This document shows positions 38,206 through 52,289 of a stretch of 64,000 nt of DNA, piece after piece. A program made the position numbers and the translations under genes. Location: the NCBI RefSeq assembly GCF_009834535.1, contig NC_045697.1:15564001-15628000 (forward strand). The letters run 5' to 3'. The stretch is from Camelus ferus (lineage: Eukaryota). The notes beneath the pieces were generated by a model. It did no database searches. It saw only the letters and a program-made list of their open reading frames with translations, and was not told the DNA's origin. The first letter of the stretch is position 1, and each line of letters opens with the position of its first letter.

Positions 38206-40199
38206 GTAGATTTCTTGACTCTTAATTCATTAGACCTGGGGTGGCGGTGGGGGTGGAGGTGGCGGGGGATGCTTGGAGTCTGTTAAACAAGCCCCTCTGG
38301 GAATTCTGGTGATGATCAGCCCATCTCTTTCTCTGAGAAATAGATCAAAGGACATCAGGGCGGCATCTGGCTGTGCCCTGACATGCATGCTTTTCTCACA
38401 GAGCTCCTGCACAGTTTATGTACCTGGTTCTGTCCACTCTGCAGACCAGCCATTGGGTAAATGGTGAGTTTGTGGGTACACAGTTAAAGTACTTCCCTCA
38501 AACACTGCTGAGGGATCCAATGATGGGATTTAAAAACCAACACAAGGATTAGTTAAAGACTAAACCTGGAATATAGAACAAACTATCTGCCATTTATTCA
38601 ACAGTTAACGTAAGGAAACATATATACAGCAGACGTTCGGGGGCTATCATTAATATCTAATCCCTCCTCATCCAAGGACTAATGAAAGTGCATCCAGACG
38701 AGGCTGGAGTCATGTTTTTGTCCTGTTACTGCATGAGCCATCTTCTTTCTTTTTCTTGCTTATTCCCATCTTGTCTCCTAGATGTTAATGTTGATTCTGC
38801 CATTTGCTAATTTAAAAATACTTTTAGACTATCTTCATTGCTCATTAAGGTCTTAACCAATTATGTATATATAACTCTGGTTATTCATATCTTTCTTGGC
38901 TACTGCACAGATCCGTGTAGAGTGAAAATTTGTTTCTCTTCCAGCTTGTTGAACATGTTGACCATGTCCAGTTGTGACAGCCTGGAAAAGATATAACCTT
39001 TATTGTGACAAGGTGAGGAGGAGAGAGAGAGTCTTGCCTTGTCACAAGAGGAGAAGGGCTGCCAGACTGAGTGACGTCTGCAACAGTTTCCATCAGTGGG
39101 CAGAAGTTTTTCTTTATTATGTGCCACAGAATTCAGTGCCCAATTGGATGCTGCTATTTTAACGTACCATTCCCTCCCCTCATAGGTTTCATGATCTTAG
39201 TCTGGTTCTTGGGTGACACAATATTGCATCAAAATCTGCTTGTTGGGGGTGCAGTTTGTGGTGGGAAAGGTATTTTTAGTATTTGGGTAAGTTTGGGATT
39301 TTACAGATTTAATTTTTTAGGTGGGGGTATACCATCATACAGGTTAGGTTTTCAACGTGCCAAGACCTGTAGAGAGAGAGTTGACAATTTTTTTTTTCAA
39401 TCACTTCTTCCAATGATAATCTCCTAGGAAAATAAATGAATCACAGGGTGAAAACTTTCTTTATATCCTTCATTGTATAGTTTTTAATGCTAAAAGTTCT
39501 TAATTCGTAAATGGTGCTAAGGAGAAGAGCCAGATGGCTACTCCTGTGCTTCTGCAACAAGCACCTCGGGTGTCTGCAGCATGTTGGGTCAGTTGTGCCC
39601 AGAGAAGGACCCTAAGTAACCTGTGTGGGTGTGATCAGGCACAAGGTCAAATAACTGCCCAAAAAGTCTGCCCAGGAAGCTTCTGCAGTTAACCAGAAAG
39701 AATTTCTGTATTGCAGCTCCTTTAAAAAGTGGGAGGAGAAATCTGTTACACTAAGCACAAAGAAAGCAAAATAAAACCTGGCTTTCCCATGAAGGTTATG
39801 TTGTTTTTTAACAAACAAAAAAAGGAGATGAGCAACTCCCTGCATTCTGCATTAATTCATTCTAGTTACACTCTGATAACAGAGCTTCAAAAGCAGCTGT
39901 GTTTTGGGGGGGGGGGTTCCCCTCAGGTATATATCAGATTTCTCAAGTTCTCCACAGTCTCCCTTTTGAGGTATCTACCAATTCTCAAGATTCTAAAGCT
40001 TAGTTCCTGCCCACTTGTGTGAAATTCTGGGATTAAGTTCTTGCTTTTTGCTTGAAATTTCTTTGCTCTGTTAAACTTCTCAGAAACAACCAACAATTTA
40101 CGTTTTTTATTGTTGCTTTTGAAGCAAAGAAATGCGTCGCTTTGATTAAATAAAAGATAAAGGTAAATTTTTTTTCTAAAAAAAGAAAATTTGAAAGGT

Positions 40200-40345
40200 C
40201 AATGGGATATCAGTTCATTAACTGTGACAAATAACCACAGCGATGTAAGGTAGTCACACAAGGAAAAACTGGGTGTGAGTATAAAGGAACTCTCCATACT
40301 ATCCTTGCAATGTGTATTAATCTAAAAGTATTTTATCAAAACATA
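40200..40345 (+). mobile_element. L1MC/MD-like 3' end fragment
   Basis: gttcattaactgtgacaaat...aaactgggtg...aaggaactctccatactatccttgcaa...aatctaaaagtatt. Confidence 0.55.
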
Positions 40346-40715
40346 TCTTTTTGACAAATCTCAATGGGTACGAAGAGCAGAGAGATGAGAGGTAAGAACT
40401 GTGAGACTTTTGAGGTTACCTAGTCCAACCAGCCGCTAAGCACCGAAATCTTTTCATCAGCATCACCCAGAAATGTTCATCCAAGCTAAACGCACTTGAA
40501 TTGTTTTAGGCAGAAATACCTCTAAGCCAGTAAGGACATTTTTCGAGACCCCTTAAAGAAAGTTCTCCTCTTTACCCAGTCAAAGCTGTCTCTCTGCAGA
40601 TTCCATTCAGGAGCTCTCCTGGGGGTCCAGCCAGGTCACTAGGTCAGGGGCAGGGGCTCCTCTTACTGGTACTCTCCGCTCAGTACCTGATGAATATGAA
40701 ACCAATCTTAGCCCT

Positions 40716-41080
40716 TGTCCTAGTTTTCCAGTTACCATAACAGAATGCCACAGATAGGTGGCTGCAACAATATCAACGTATTTTCTCACAGCTCTGGAGG
40801 CTGAGGTTCAAGATCAAGGTGTTGGCAGGTTTGGTTTCTCTTGAGGCCTCTCTCCTTGGCTTGTGATGTCCACCTCCTGGCTGTGTCCTCACATGGCCTC
40901 TTTTCTGTGTACACGCCCCACAGAGTCTCTTCTTACAAGGACACCAGTGCTGTTGGATTAGAGCCCCGTTCTGTGACCTCACTTCACGTTAATTACCTTT
41001 TTAAAGGCCTGTTTCCAAACGCAGTCACATTGCGGGTTAGGGCTTCAACGCACCAATTTGGAGGGACACAATTCAGTTAA
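40716..41080 (-). mobile_element. MaLR solo LTR (MLT1A0-like)
   Basis: ttctcacagctctggaggctgagg...aagatcaaggtgttggcaggtttggtttct...gaggcctctctccttggcttg...gggttagggcttcaac. Confidence 0.85.
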
Positions 41081-41139
41081 CCTTCCTTTTAAGCATTAAA
41101 GCCATTTAAATGTTGGGAAACTGCATGAGATATCACAGG

Positions 41140-41375
41140 ATACCGGTTAGGGGTGTGGACCCGGGGTTATTCTGCCCGATTCAAATCCCAGCTCCAGTCC
41201 TCGTCAGCAACACGGCTGACCTTGGGCAGCCACTTAACCTCATGGAGTCCTCACTGTCTCACACGGAAATGAGGATAATAATGCTAACTACTTAACTGGT
41301 ATTGTAAGGCTTCCACTCACAATTCATGTAAAGCACTTCACGCAGTATCTAGCACATGGTAGGGCTTTGTTTAAC
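41140..41375 (+). mobile_element. MIR SINE
   Basis: ttcaaatcccagctcc...tgaccttgggcagccacttaacctc...aaatgaggataataatg...tgtaaagcactt. Confidence 0.7.
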
Positions 41376-41867
41376 ACTCACCATGATGATCATCCCTCTT
41401 GAATCTCCTCTGGAGTAAGAAATCCTTACTTTCTATTCGATGTGGTTTGAGCCCCGTCAGCCTAAACTGTGTGTCCTCCAAGTGACCATCTAGGTGTGTC
41501 CTTGCACACGGGTCAGACGAAGCCTATTACGTCCTAGCATGAGAACCTAAGAGCTCATTTACTCTCTCCGCACTCAGACCACAACACCTTCATGTTAATT
41601 TGTCCAGTAAAACCCTCGAGTTTTGTTGACTCCTGAGTCTTTTTCTTTGGAGATTCCTGCTAAACCAGGTCTCATTCTCACCTATTTTGGAAGGTCCATT
41701 CCCTGTAACAAAACTCATAATTATACATTTAAATTTTACCTTGTTAGCATCTCATCTTCAGCTCATTTGTTTTGTGTTCACAAGTCATTTCACTTCTTAT
41801 CAATAATACACCCTAGATTTTTCTCTAGATCCATCCGAGTTTGTCAATTTGCATAGAGGAACATCTC

Positions 41868-42309
41868 TGTACCAGTGACCCTGCAAATATCCGTGTGAAC
41901 AAAGCTTGAACCACAGCTTACCTGAGTCCTGGCAGAACACCATCCTGGAATGTAGAGAGGATTGGAGGCCTCTAAGGAGCTGCTATGAAGCCATCTCCCA
42001 CTCACTCATCTCCCTGAAAGGTTGCTATGAGATCGATTCTCATCATCTCCTGGGTTCTGATGAAGCACAGGCAACTTAGCAATGGGGTATCCCACAACTA
42101 GTGCTGCAATCATTGCCCCCTCCTGCTTTGATATCATCCTGTTCAGTGTGTGGTACACGGACTTGGGAACCAGCCCATCGACTCACTCTTCTTCCTGCTG
42201 TCTGTAAGTAATAGACTGCCTAAACCTAAAAGTGCCTCATTGTATCTTGACGAGTTGATCAGTGAGGTCTTGGCTGTGCCTTGTCTTCTAAGTCTGGGTG
42301 AGCTTGACG
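41868..42309 (+). mobile_element. ERVL-type solo LTR (subfamily not determined)
   Basis: Begins TG (tgtaccagtgaccctgc) and ends gcttgacg (decayed CA). tctgtaagtaatagactg is a decayed polyA-signal region. Confidence 0.6.
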
Positions 42310-43144
42310 GTGTGTAGAAGTTTCCTTTTTAAAAAATTAGAAATAAACCTATCCATCTCTGATTCTTCCTGAATTCTCTATTCCTTGGAATCTCTCAAAC
42401 AGCAGTTTGATAGTTTCATTCTTAATTGCATTCGATAGAATGTGTTGCAAGTCGCTGCAGCCAGGAAGCAATAATTTATAGCAGCTGTTTGTCGCTAGTT
42501 GCTTTCTTATCTTTTCATCCATTTGAACTTCTTTTGACTCTCAACTAAGTTCATTTCACACTGGGTAGCCTTTGTTGCCTATGTAACCTTCACCCGCCAT
42601 TATCCCATTGGACAAATACTTTAACTCTGGAGATTCCCAACCTCTGACTTCCAGATAAGTTTTTTTACACTGAAGCACACATTCATTCTTTTGTTCAAAC
42701 ACTTACCAAGTGGTGACTAATAAGGGGCACTAAGACACTAAGTAAGGATTAATGCTGATCTAAGGTCCTTAATAGGTGTCAGTTCTTTATACATGTGAAC
42801 CTTTTTGATCCTCACACAGGCTTATTTGGTATGTTCCATTATTATTGGGTCCATTATAGAGATAAGTAAAATGACACTCCCAAAGGTCAAATACTTTCTA
42901 GTTGTCAAATCTGATTCTCAGGGTTCGCACCATGATTCTGGAAAAACTTATACTAACAATTTATTCATTCCAAATATTTACAAATACTGGAGCTTCCTGT
43001 TTCTTAAACCAAATTTTGCATGAGTGCAACCTCATGTTTATCTAGGGAAAAAAGTCCTGGATGCCTCAGAGTAATAGCTCTTCTCATTTCCTTCTGTTGT
43101 TGGAGAAACCCACACTCCCACATGCACTCTTGTTTATGGATATT

Positions 43145-43510
43145 TGTATTCATTAGCTTTCGCTATGTAACAAGTCACCCAAAACTTTATTATTCATGGT
43201 TCTTTAGGTTTGCTGGGGAGTTCCTCTGTTCTGTGCTGGCACTGATGGGGTCGGGTGGTCTAGGGTGGCCTCATTCATGTATCTCATGGTTGGTAGGCTA
43301 CTGGTATGGCAGGGGCTCCAACTGGGAAAGCCTGCCTCTGGTCCAAATGATCTCTCCTCCTCCTATACTAGCCCATCCTTCTCTCCATGGTGGCCAGGGT
43401 TCCAAAGAGAAGCAAGAACAAGTAGACTTCTGCTTGTGTCACTTTTGCTAATTTCCCATTGGCCAAAGCAGGTCACATGATTAAGCTTAACTTCAAGAGG
43501 TAAAGACTCC
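43145..43510 (-). mobile_element. Old MaLR LTR (MLT1H/I-like)
   Basis: gctatgtaacaagtcacccaaaact...tttgctaatttcccattggccaaagcaggtcacatg. Confidence 0.65.
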
Positions 43511-44994
43511 TTTTTAAAAATAACATAAAGATGGAATTTCCTTTCAAAATGGCAGACTAAGCTGACATAGCAAATCTCCCCTTCCACCTCAAATAATTAG
43601 ATACATTTTTTAAAATGTCTCTTTCATGAAGATTCCAGTCCCAGACAGTTTTAGAAAGGGGTTTAACAAATGTTCAAAGATCATCTGGTGGAACTTGTTT
43701 CTGTTCCTGATTCTGATTTTGATCATTCTTGGATGACTGTGTCCTTAATACTAAAAGCACAGAAAGTGGGTTTTAATATTATGGTCAGTTCATTAAGAGC
43801 ATGAGATGTCAGGAGTGGGTATGACAGGAAAGGTAAAATCTGATACACTCATTAGCTTTTTTAATGTTTATATTTGTTTAGTATCTTCAGTAACATGCGC
43901 TCTCTTAACTCTAAGGATTCTACTCGCTCCATCCAAAAACTCCAGTCTTTTATATTTTCACTTATTAGCGGTCCAATATTGTTAGAATTCGTGAAAACAC
44001 AATTTCCAAACTAAAGATAAAAAGAAATTAAATCTCTCACAGGCTTTCTTTGATTTCTCTAAATGAATGAATAATTCCAAATTAATGTCCCTTCGGGGTT
44101 TTTAAATGAGGCTAAAGAAAAGAGAGAAGAAATTTATACCAATTCAAATTAGACAAATTTATCTAGAAAAACAAGTTTCTAAAGCCATGTAAACCAAGAA
44201 TTACTGGGTCCCCAAAATACAACCAAGTCCAGCCTTTTTAAAATGATGAAAATCAACATTATTACAAGGTACATGGACAACAGAAAAAAATATTTTGCCA
44301 AATTCAGAAGAGAATAATGAAATTGCACAGATCCTCAACAACCATGCTCCTCTGACCAATCTAATGGTACTATTTTCTATGACTTTGTCTCATTAACTGA
44401 AAAATATTAATAGCTACTGAGACCTCCATTTCTACATTAAGACCCATAGCTTTATCGCAATTAGCGCCTGTAATTTTTTTTTAAGAGTTGATAAAATTTC
44501 CATTATAAATAGGAAATGCATTTTGGGCAAACAGTTTGATATACCTTGGTTACCTCTGGAGGAAATTAAAAAAGCATTATTTGTTGATACTGTCATTGTT
44601 CAATTAGTATCTTAAAATGTATGCTGCAGAAATAACTACATTTCCTTTGCATATGAACTCTCATTAGATCTTTAACCATGGTCATTTGTGGTCCTTTGTC
44701 ATTCACAGTTACTGTTTTACACTAATTCTTCTCTGAAAGCATTTATAATTAGCTACACATGAGAATGCTTCATAATGGCATCACTTCAATAACTTTAAGA
44801 CCATACCAAGGGACTAAAAGCTTCCAGAACTGATGAAGAAAGTGATGGATTCCTGTAACTCCCAGCCCAAGATCAAGCAGAATATTATTTACATGAGACT
44901 AAATGAACTGATAAGGATGATTAGAATTTTTACAATATAACTTCTTGTTTGAAAAAAAAAAATCTAATGGAGTGGGGTCTTCAATTTTTGCTAA

Positions 44995-47130
44995 GCTAGA
45001 ATTACTGGGACCAGACCTGCCCACCATCATAAAGAACTAGAAAAATGGACAAAATATGTGAAACAACTGTTTCTGGACTTTGGAGAAATGCAGCAAAGAA
45101 CTAGGACTCCCCAAGAGAGAAACAATCAAAGTGAGCACCACAGTCACCCCAGCTTTCTGTCTGGAAGTACAGACGTGCTGGAAGGAAGCACAAGTAGAGC
45201 ATGGGATTGCCACTGAGTTCATGGAGGGAAGACTGGAATTCAGGGAAGCTGAAGTGGTTGGAATTTGTGGGAAAGAACCAGAGATGAGGACACCATACAA
45301 AGAGCGAGCTACAGGAATCTGCACAGGAATCTGCTCCAGACTCTAACTGAACACTACACACATAGGGTGAATCAGGAAAGAACAACTGAGAAATTATCAG
45401 AGCTCATGTTAGACTGAGAGATGTCTGAGTTTAATGGCCAGTGTGGACATGCCGCTTTGCCCCTTGAGAGCAGTGCCCACTGTGAATAGAGACCTGAGAA
45501 TATCACTGCTAAGGGGTAGGGGTTAACTAGTCTTACAGCAACAGCTACCCAACAGAAGCCTTTACAAACAAGCCTTCAAAGAATCGAACAAACCCACAAG
45601 TAATTTAACTAACTTTCAGGGGAAAAAAAAGCTCCTTAAGACAAAAGAATCAAATACTCAAAGCAAAGAATCACAATGCGCAGGCTTCAGTTAAAATTAG
45701 TAGACCAAGAAGCTGAAAAATGTGGTCCAATAACTAGAAAAAAAAATCAGTCAGTAGAAAAAAATCACTAGAAATTACTTAAATGATGGAATTACAGAGA
45801 CTTAAAAGAGGTATTATAAATATCAATATTTTTTTAAAAAACATGCACATAATGAGAAATTACAAAGAAGGACTAAATAAAATCATGGAGATATAATATT
45901 CAATATCTGAAATGAATAACTCACTGGATGAACTTAAGAGAGATTAGAAATCTTAGAAGATCAGTGAACTTGAAAATACAGCAATAGAAATTATCCAAAC
46001 TGAAGAACAGGGAAAAAAAAACAGACAAAAAAATGAACAAAACTTCAATGATTTGGAGGCAACTGTGGGCTAAATTATGTGTAACACAAAAAAATTTCAA
46101 AGGAATAGGCTGTGGATTTTGTAAATTTTGTGAAAATAAACACACAGATCCAAGAAATATATACACATTGAAAACCACACCAAACACATGACATTTCTGA
46201 AAATCAATGATTTTTGAGGAAAATCTTAAAAGTAATCAGAAAGAAAAATATTTTACAATAAATTAATTCATCAAAGGACATAACAATCTTAAGTTTGTAT
46301 GTACCTAATTATAGAATTTCAAATACATGGAAAGCAAAATGACAGAAAGGAAAGAAGTAGACAAATCCAAAATTATGGCTACAGACTTCAACATCCCTCT
46401 CTCAGCAAGTGACAGAATAATTAGAGAGAAACCAGTAATATAGACATCTCAAACACCACCATCAATCTAACCTAGTTTACATTTATAGAATGCTCTCTCC
46501 AGCAACAGTAGAATGCACATTCTTTACACATGCTCATAAAACATTCAACAAGATAGATCACATGCCGAGTATAAGTTAATTTTTTAAGGACTAAAGACAT
46601 ACGAAGTGTGTTCTTTGATGACAAAGGAATTAAATGGAGTCAATAAAAATAAAGATAACTGGAAAAATCTCCCAACGTCAAAGAATAAATGACGAGGAAA
46701 GTTTAAAATTATTTTTAAATGACTAAAAATGAAAAAAAAATGTAATGAACAAGCTAAAGCAGAATTTAGAAGAAAATGTATAGCTCTAAAAGCTTACACT
46801 GGGAAAGAAGAAAAATCTAGTATCAATGGACAAAATTTCCATCTTAAGAACAGAGGGGAATAGTCTCAACTTGATGAAGGCATCTATAAAAGTTCTATAC
46901 TTAACCCAGATTTAATGGTGAAAGACGAAACGCTTTTTCCTTAATATTGGAAATGAGGCAAGAAAAAGAAAACATATGCAAATTAGGATGAAAACTGTCT
47001 TTATGTACAGCCAACATGATCAGGTAGATAGAAAATTCTAAAGAATCTCAAAAAAGTTACTATAAAAGTAAATTTAGCAAGTTTGCAGGAATATAGTTTT
47101 TCTATATACTATCAATAAACAATTAGGAAG
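44995..47130 (+). mobile_element. Old L1M element: 5' region, ORF1 and ORF2 remnants
   Basis: ORF1-like tcactggatgaactt...tcagtgaacttgaaaatacagcaatagaaattatccaaactgaag; endonuclease-like gacttcaacatccctctctcagcaa and aacattcaacaagatagatcacatgc. Many stops and deletions. Confidence 0.75.
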
Positions 47131-47273
47131 TGTTCCTTCTTTCCTTTCTTGTTAACCCTGTCTTGCTTTGTTCCACTGCCAGTTCTCAACTGTTAATTTG
47201 TTAACCAGCCTTAACATGTACTATATGCGGAACAAAACCCTCAGTTAACCACAGCTCAGGAAACGCCTGACAT

Positions 47274-47739
47274 TATGGCGGTAGATTACAAAAATGGCCA
47301 CAAACTCTTCCCAACTTGTATGTACGCTCCTTTGAAATACAGACATTGTAGCTCTTCCCATCAAGGGACAGAAGCTATTCTTCACCCCTTGAATTTGGGC
47401 TTGGCCACGCGACTGACTTTAGGGGATGGGACATTAGTAAATGCATCAGAAGGAAAGGCTTAGGAAGTGCTTCTGCATTAGAGTTTACTTTCTCTTCATG
47501 CTCTTTGGAACTCTGGGACCACTCTATGAAGAATCCAAAGTTAGTGCACTGACCATCCCAGCTGAGGCCCTCCTACACCAGCCAGCCACACATACAGCTG
47601 CCAGCTGACCACAGAGATAAGCCAACCTGTCTCAAACCAGAGGAAATGCCCACTCAACCCATAGAATTCTGAAAAATAGTGCTTGTTAAGCCACTACATT
47701 CTGAGGTGGTTTGTTACACAGTAATAGCTACCTGATACA
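47274..47739 (+). mobile_element. MaLR solo LTR (MLT1F/G-like)
   Basis: aaaatggccacaaactcttcc...ttcaccccttgaatttgggcttggcc...aagccactacattctgaggtggtttgttacacagtaatagctacctgataca. Confidence 0.75.
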
Positions 47740-48057
47740 TGTTACTTCTGTTTTCATTTCATTAGTAAAAACAAATCACACACCCACAGCTCACTTCAAC
47801 TACCAGCACATGCAGCAGGTTTGGGAAGAGAGATCCTAATGGATGGTAATTATACCTCAATGGTCAGTTTGTAAAAATCACATTTATTCTTTAGAGATGT
47901 ATGTGGATATGTTTAGAAGTACAAATCATATGTCTAAGTTTGACATGAAATAGTCTTCATAGATTGGGCAGAAGGGAGGAGGGTGAAGAAAAAGGGGAAA
48001 ACAGATAAAGGAAGTGACATATTGAAGGCATCTGAGTACAGGAGAGGGACAGAGGGC

Positions 48058-48440
48058 GTATTCATCTGCTTGGGCTGCTGTAGTAACACACCACGGACTG
48101 GGGGGCTTCATGTGTCTTCTCACAGTTCTGGAGGCTGGAAGTCTGAGACCAGGATGCCAGCATGGTTGATTTCTGGTGACAGCTATCTTATGGGCCTGCA
48201 GGTGTCCATCTTCTGTGTCCTCCCACGACCTTCCTCAGTATGTGCATGTGTATGTGGTGGTGGTGAGGGGAGAGATTGCTTTCTCTTCTGATCCTAAGGG
48301 GTAAGACTTCATCCTTATGGCCTCAGTTAGCCTTAATTACCTCCCCAAAACCCTATTTTCAAATGCAGTCACACTGGGGGTTAGGGCTTCAACATATGAA
48401 TTTGGCAGGGATGGAGGAGACACAATTCAACCCACTGCAG
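48058..48440 (-). mobile_element. MaLR solo LTR (MLT1A-like)
   Basis: ttctcacagttctggaggctggaagtctgagaccagg...taattacctccccaaa...gggttagggcttcaacatatgaattt. Confidence 0.8.
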
Positions 48441-49172
48441 AGGGGAATTCACTCTTATTTCTAATTTTTTACATGTTTGGAAGCGTCCATAAAATTTAAA
48501 AGATTTAACAGTATTTTGTTCCCTATCGTCTGCTTAGACTTTATTTAGAGAGACATAAATACTCCCTGAAAGAAGATTCTGGAAGGTTCTACAGTCCCTT
48601 TGTACCATTGAAAATTCTTGACGAAGTGGTTAGAAAGTCCAGCGCAAGATAATCAAGCTGTGAATTTGCTTTGACATCCAGTCTTCTGCTCTCTTCCAGG
48701 TGGTTCTAATGACAATGGTTCCAAGCCGGCAACAGGAAAGGGAGGAGACTGGCTTCTCCATGTCTGCCCCTTATCTCCCCCATCTACCTGCTGGGGGCTG
48801 CTTTAGCTTCTATCAGAAGTGACATGCTGGGGGAAGGGCTGAGAATGTATTTACTTGATTGGAACTGTCGTAAGTTGGCCTTGAGCTCCCTGGGTCTTAC
48901 TCTGCTGCAGCTTTGTTGACAGACAGATGCACATGGTCACCTGGAATTCCTTCCTTAGTGACGGGAAGTCAGTGGCATATTGCAGACTCCTCCTGCTGGG
49001 ACCTCCTTGCTCCTACAGAGGGCACTACTGGGTAAGCCTAGTGAAAACCTCTTTCCTCTGAGGTGCATGTCTCCTCCGTGGGAAGTGCTCACGCATCTTC
49101 TCCCCACATTCTGTGCCCGCTGCCCTCACAGCAGCAGCACTGTCTGAACTCTGTCACCAAAGCATCAGCCGG

Positions 49173-49613
49173 TGTATTAGTTTCCGATCACCACAGGAAC
49201 AACTTATCACACATTTATGACTTCACAGTTCTGGATATCAGTAATGTCCAACATCAGTTTCACTGGGCTAATCAAGGTGCTGGTGGGGCTGCTTTACTAC
49301 TGAAGGTTCTCAAGAGAGAGATCTCGTTTCTTGCCTTTTCCAGCTTCTGGAGGCTGCCTGCATTTCTTGGCTCATGCCACGCTGTTTCCATCACCACATC
49401 TCTGACCCTGGTGCCTTCCTTTCAAAAGGATCCTTTTGGTTACACTGGGCTCACCTGGATTATCTGGGATAACTTTTCCACCTCAATTTCCTCAGCTCAA
49501 CCACATCTGCAAAGACCTGTTTGCCAAGTAAGGTGGTAACATGTTCACTGGTTCAGGGGATTAGGATGTAGACATCTTTGGGGGGGGGGCCCACAGTTCT
49601 GCTGTCTTCTACA
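49173..49613 (-). mobile_element. MaLR solo LTR (MLT1C/D-like)
   Basis: ttcttgccttttccagcttctggaggctgcctgcatttcttggctcat...ccacatctgcaaagacc...gggattaggatgtagacatctttgg. Confidence 0.8.
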
Positions 49614-52289
49614 TTTCTTGGGGGTAGGGGTGAGCTGGACCCTAATTCATTATGCCTCAACTTCAAAGGACACATAAGTAACATTGTAACTGACTAAACT
49701 TCAATTGAAAAACAAAACACACACATAAGCAGTCTTTCCAGGTTTCCTCATGGAAATCCCTCCCACTAGGCTGGAGGTAAAGAAGGGAGTCCACCCCACT
49801 CCTTACCAAGAATGACAACAGGTCCTCCGAAGATCTCTTCTCCAGTCTCTTCACAAACGTCTACCTGACCTTTTCTTTGGTCCGTAAGCCCTAGACTTGT
49901 GGAACACGGTCGTTCACAGTTCTTCAGTAAACCTGACATGTGATGCTTTTCCTCAGTTTGGTGTCCTGATGTTCACCAGATTGGCATCTTAGCTGAAACT
50001 GAGGCAGAGAACGTTCGAGTCTAACGTCCTATACGGGACTACTGCCCTAAAGCAGAAACATGAAATTACAACTAGATCTTCATGAATTGTTAAATTCTGA
50101 AAGCTTGTCTTATTCTGTGACAGAATGTATTTGATGAGTCAAAAGGAACTTCAGTATTCAAAGGTGAATATTAAATGAGCAACATTCTATAGAATGCAAA
50201 AATATTTTTAGAAGAGTGTTTTTGCTTCTGAATAGCTTTTCAGTCAGTTATACTGTTCCTTCTTGAATTAAGAACTATCACTCAACCAATCTTCTGTTCA
50301 TATGAAAAAGAGTAACTTTAACTGGAGAGCAAATCTCACCTGCAAAATATTAAATGTGGTATGTGAGGTTGGCGTACTGTTTTGCCTGAAGAAATTTATT
50401 TTTTCATTTTTAAACCTCTTTCTATTAGCGTCATGGCTAAACTCATTTATAAGATCCACAAAATAATGGTGCCAATATTATGTTCACATTATTATGCATT
50501 TTTACTCAAATGATGAAAACGAATTAACATTTATCCAAAAGTGGAATTGCAGCTTTTGCTTGTCAGATCTAGAGTATTTCTTTCATCAAACATCCCATCA
50601 AAAGAGATGTCTCATCTTTGGGAACATACCAAAAAATGAGATGGAGGTTCTATTGCTATATCAGCTTGAACTCTTTTGGGGTGTCTGTCAACAGAAATCA
50701 ACTATAGCTTCAAAAAGGAAAAAAAAAAAAGCTGGTGGGAAGGAACTCAGTGATAGAGGATTCAGTGACAGAACGTACATCAGAGAACTCACAGGTAGGG
50801 AACACAGCTAGACTCTAAGGTAATTCTAAACCCAGGCACTCTAAAGCATCTGGGCCTCTCTTTTTGGTCTCCACCCTCTAGTTTTCTGCATCATTCTTTC
50901 TGGCTGCAGGATTACGTGGCAGAATACATGGCAGCCAAAGGATCCTCAGTCTTCTAATTATCAATCAAGTGGCTGGAAAAGACGTCTTAATTCAAATTCC
51001 CAGGGAAGAGACTGCCTGCTCTGGCTTGGGCCATGCACTTGTTCCTGGAATAATTAACTATGGCCAGATCACGCTGCACCAAGATGGTATCAACATAAGG
51101 TGAGATGAGGGGTGCAAGAAAGACAACAATAGCAGGTCATTCCAATAGCATTTGGATAGAATGATGCAAAATACCGAAGAGATGGTTCACATCTGTGCAC
51201 ATGAATCCTGTAGGTCATGGGAAGTGTGTACTTTCCACACTGTCATGTCTGCTTCTGCGTCTGCAGAAGTGGCACCTAGCAGGGCCATGTTTTATGCTAC
51301 CACCTCTGGTTGGCAATAACCATAGAAGGATGAAGGCAATAAAGATGTCAACACTAAACCTGCATGGTTATAAACTTGCAGAGGCAACAAGCCAGAACTC
51401 AAGCCATGGCTGACATACTCCCTTGTTCTCTCTCCCTGCATGTGGGTGGGATTTATTCTCCTGTGGGTGTAGCACACTGAAGGGCTCAGCTTTATGTGGG
51501 TCATCTTGGCTGCAAACCCCTGTCCTCTAGGCACCAGGCTTTGTGTCCTGTCCCTATATGATGTCAAGAGCCAGTCCTTTAGTCAACAAAACCAGCCGGA
51601 CCTGCCAGGCCTGTCATGGCATCAGGCTGCCAATTTAACCCTGAAGGCAGTAAAATGTATGGAAACCTCATATAAACACGACTTATCAAATTGTTTGCAT
51701 TCAATGTTAGGGACTCTTAAGTTGTAGTGAAAAACCCATGTATCTGACTCAAACTAGTCTTTCAAAGTTTCCTTTCGTTGTTGATTATAAAATTCTGAAG
51801 TTACAGGATTTTCTTCAATTTTTCCTAAGGCTAAACTGTGTCGGGGAGTATCCTACGTGAGATGATCTAAATGTCTTCGGAAACATGGTTAGAATTGCTC
51901 TACAGCAAGATCCTCTTAGTGTCCTGTCTGTACTCAGGGACACTCATGGAATGTATCCTCAGAAGGAGCACGTTCAGGCATCTTTACCCCCATGGAATTC
52001 ACGCCCACAAAGTCCTAGTGGCATGGAAGGAAAACCACCAAAACAGGAGTCATGAAATTTAAGCAGGTAAGGGGATCCTTGGTGGGAGGGTTAAAAACAG
52101 AAGCAATGAATAAACTTCAAACAGTATAGTAAGTAGTTTCTCACCTCACTCTAGGACGGACAGAAATAGCATATGATTTCCTTCAAAATAAATAAAAAAG
52201 GTTTATATATATACCTTACAAGGTTTAGATGGATAACTACGGTCTTCATTGTTTCCAAACAACGTGCACAGAGAAACGTACAGCTCTCG

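Larger units (their letters stand above)
40390..42520 (-). mobile_element. L3/CR1 LINE remnant split by later insertions
   Basis: gaggttacctagtccaacc...gttcatccaagct...agaaagttctcct...tctctctgcagattccatt resembles the reverse L3 3' end. Similar sequence resumes at ~41385-41865 and ~42310-42520. Confidence 0.5.

Noticed and set aside
49063..49539. 158-aa ORF, and similar ORFs at 43020-43451, 29342-29731 and 7041-7457
   Set aside because: Most run through decayed LTR or MIR repeats; no known homology or exon structure is recognisable, so they are treated as chance ORFs.
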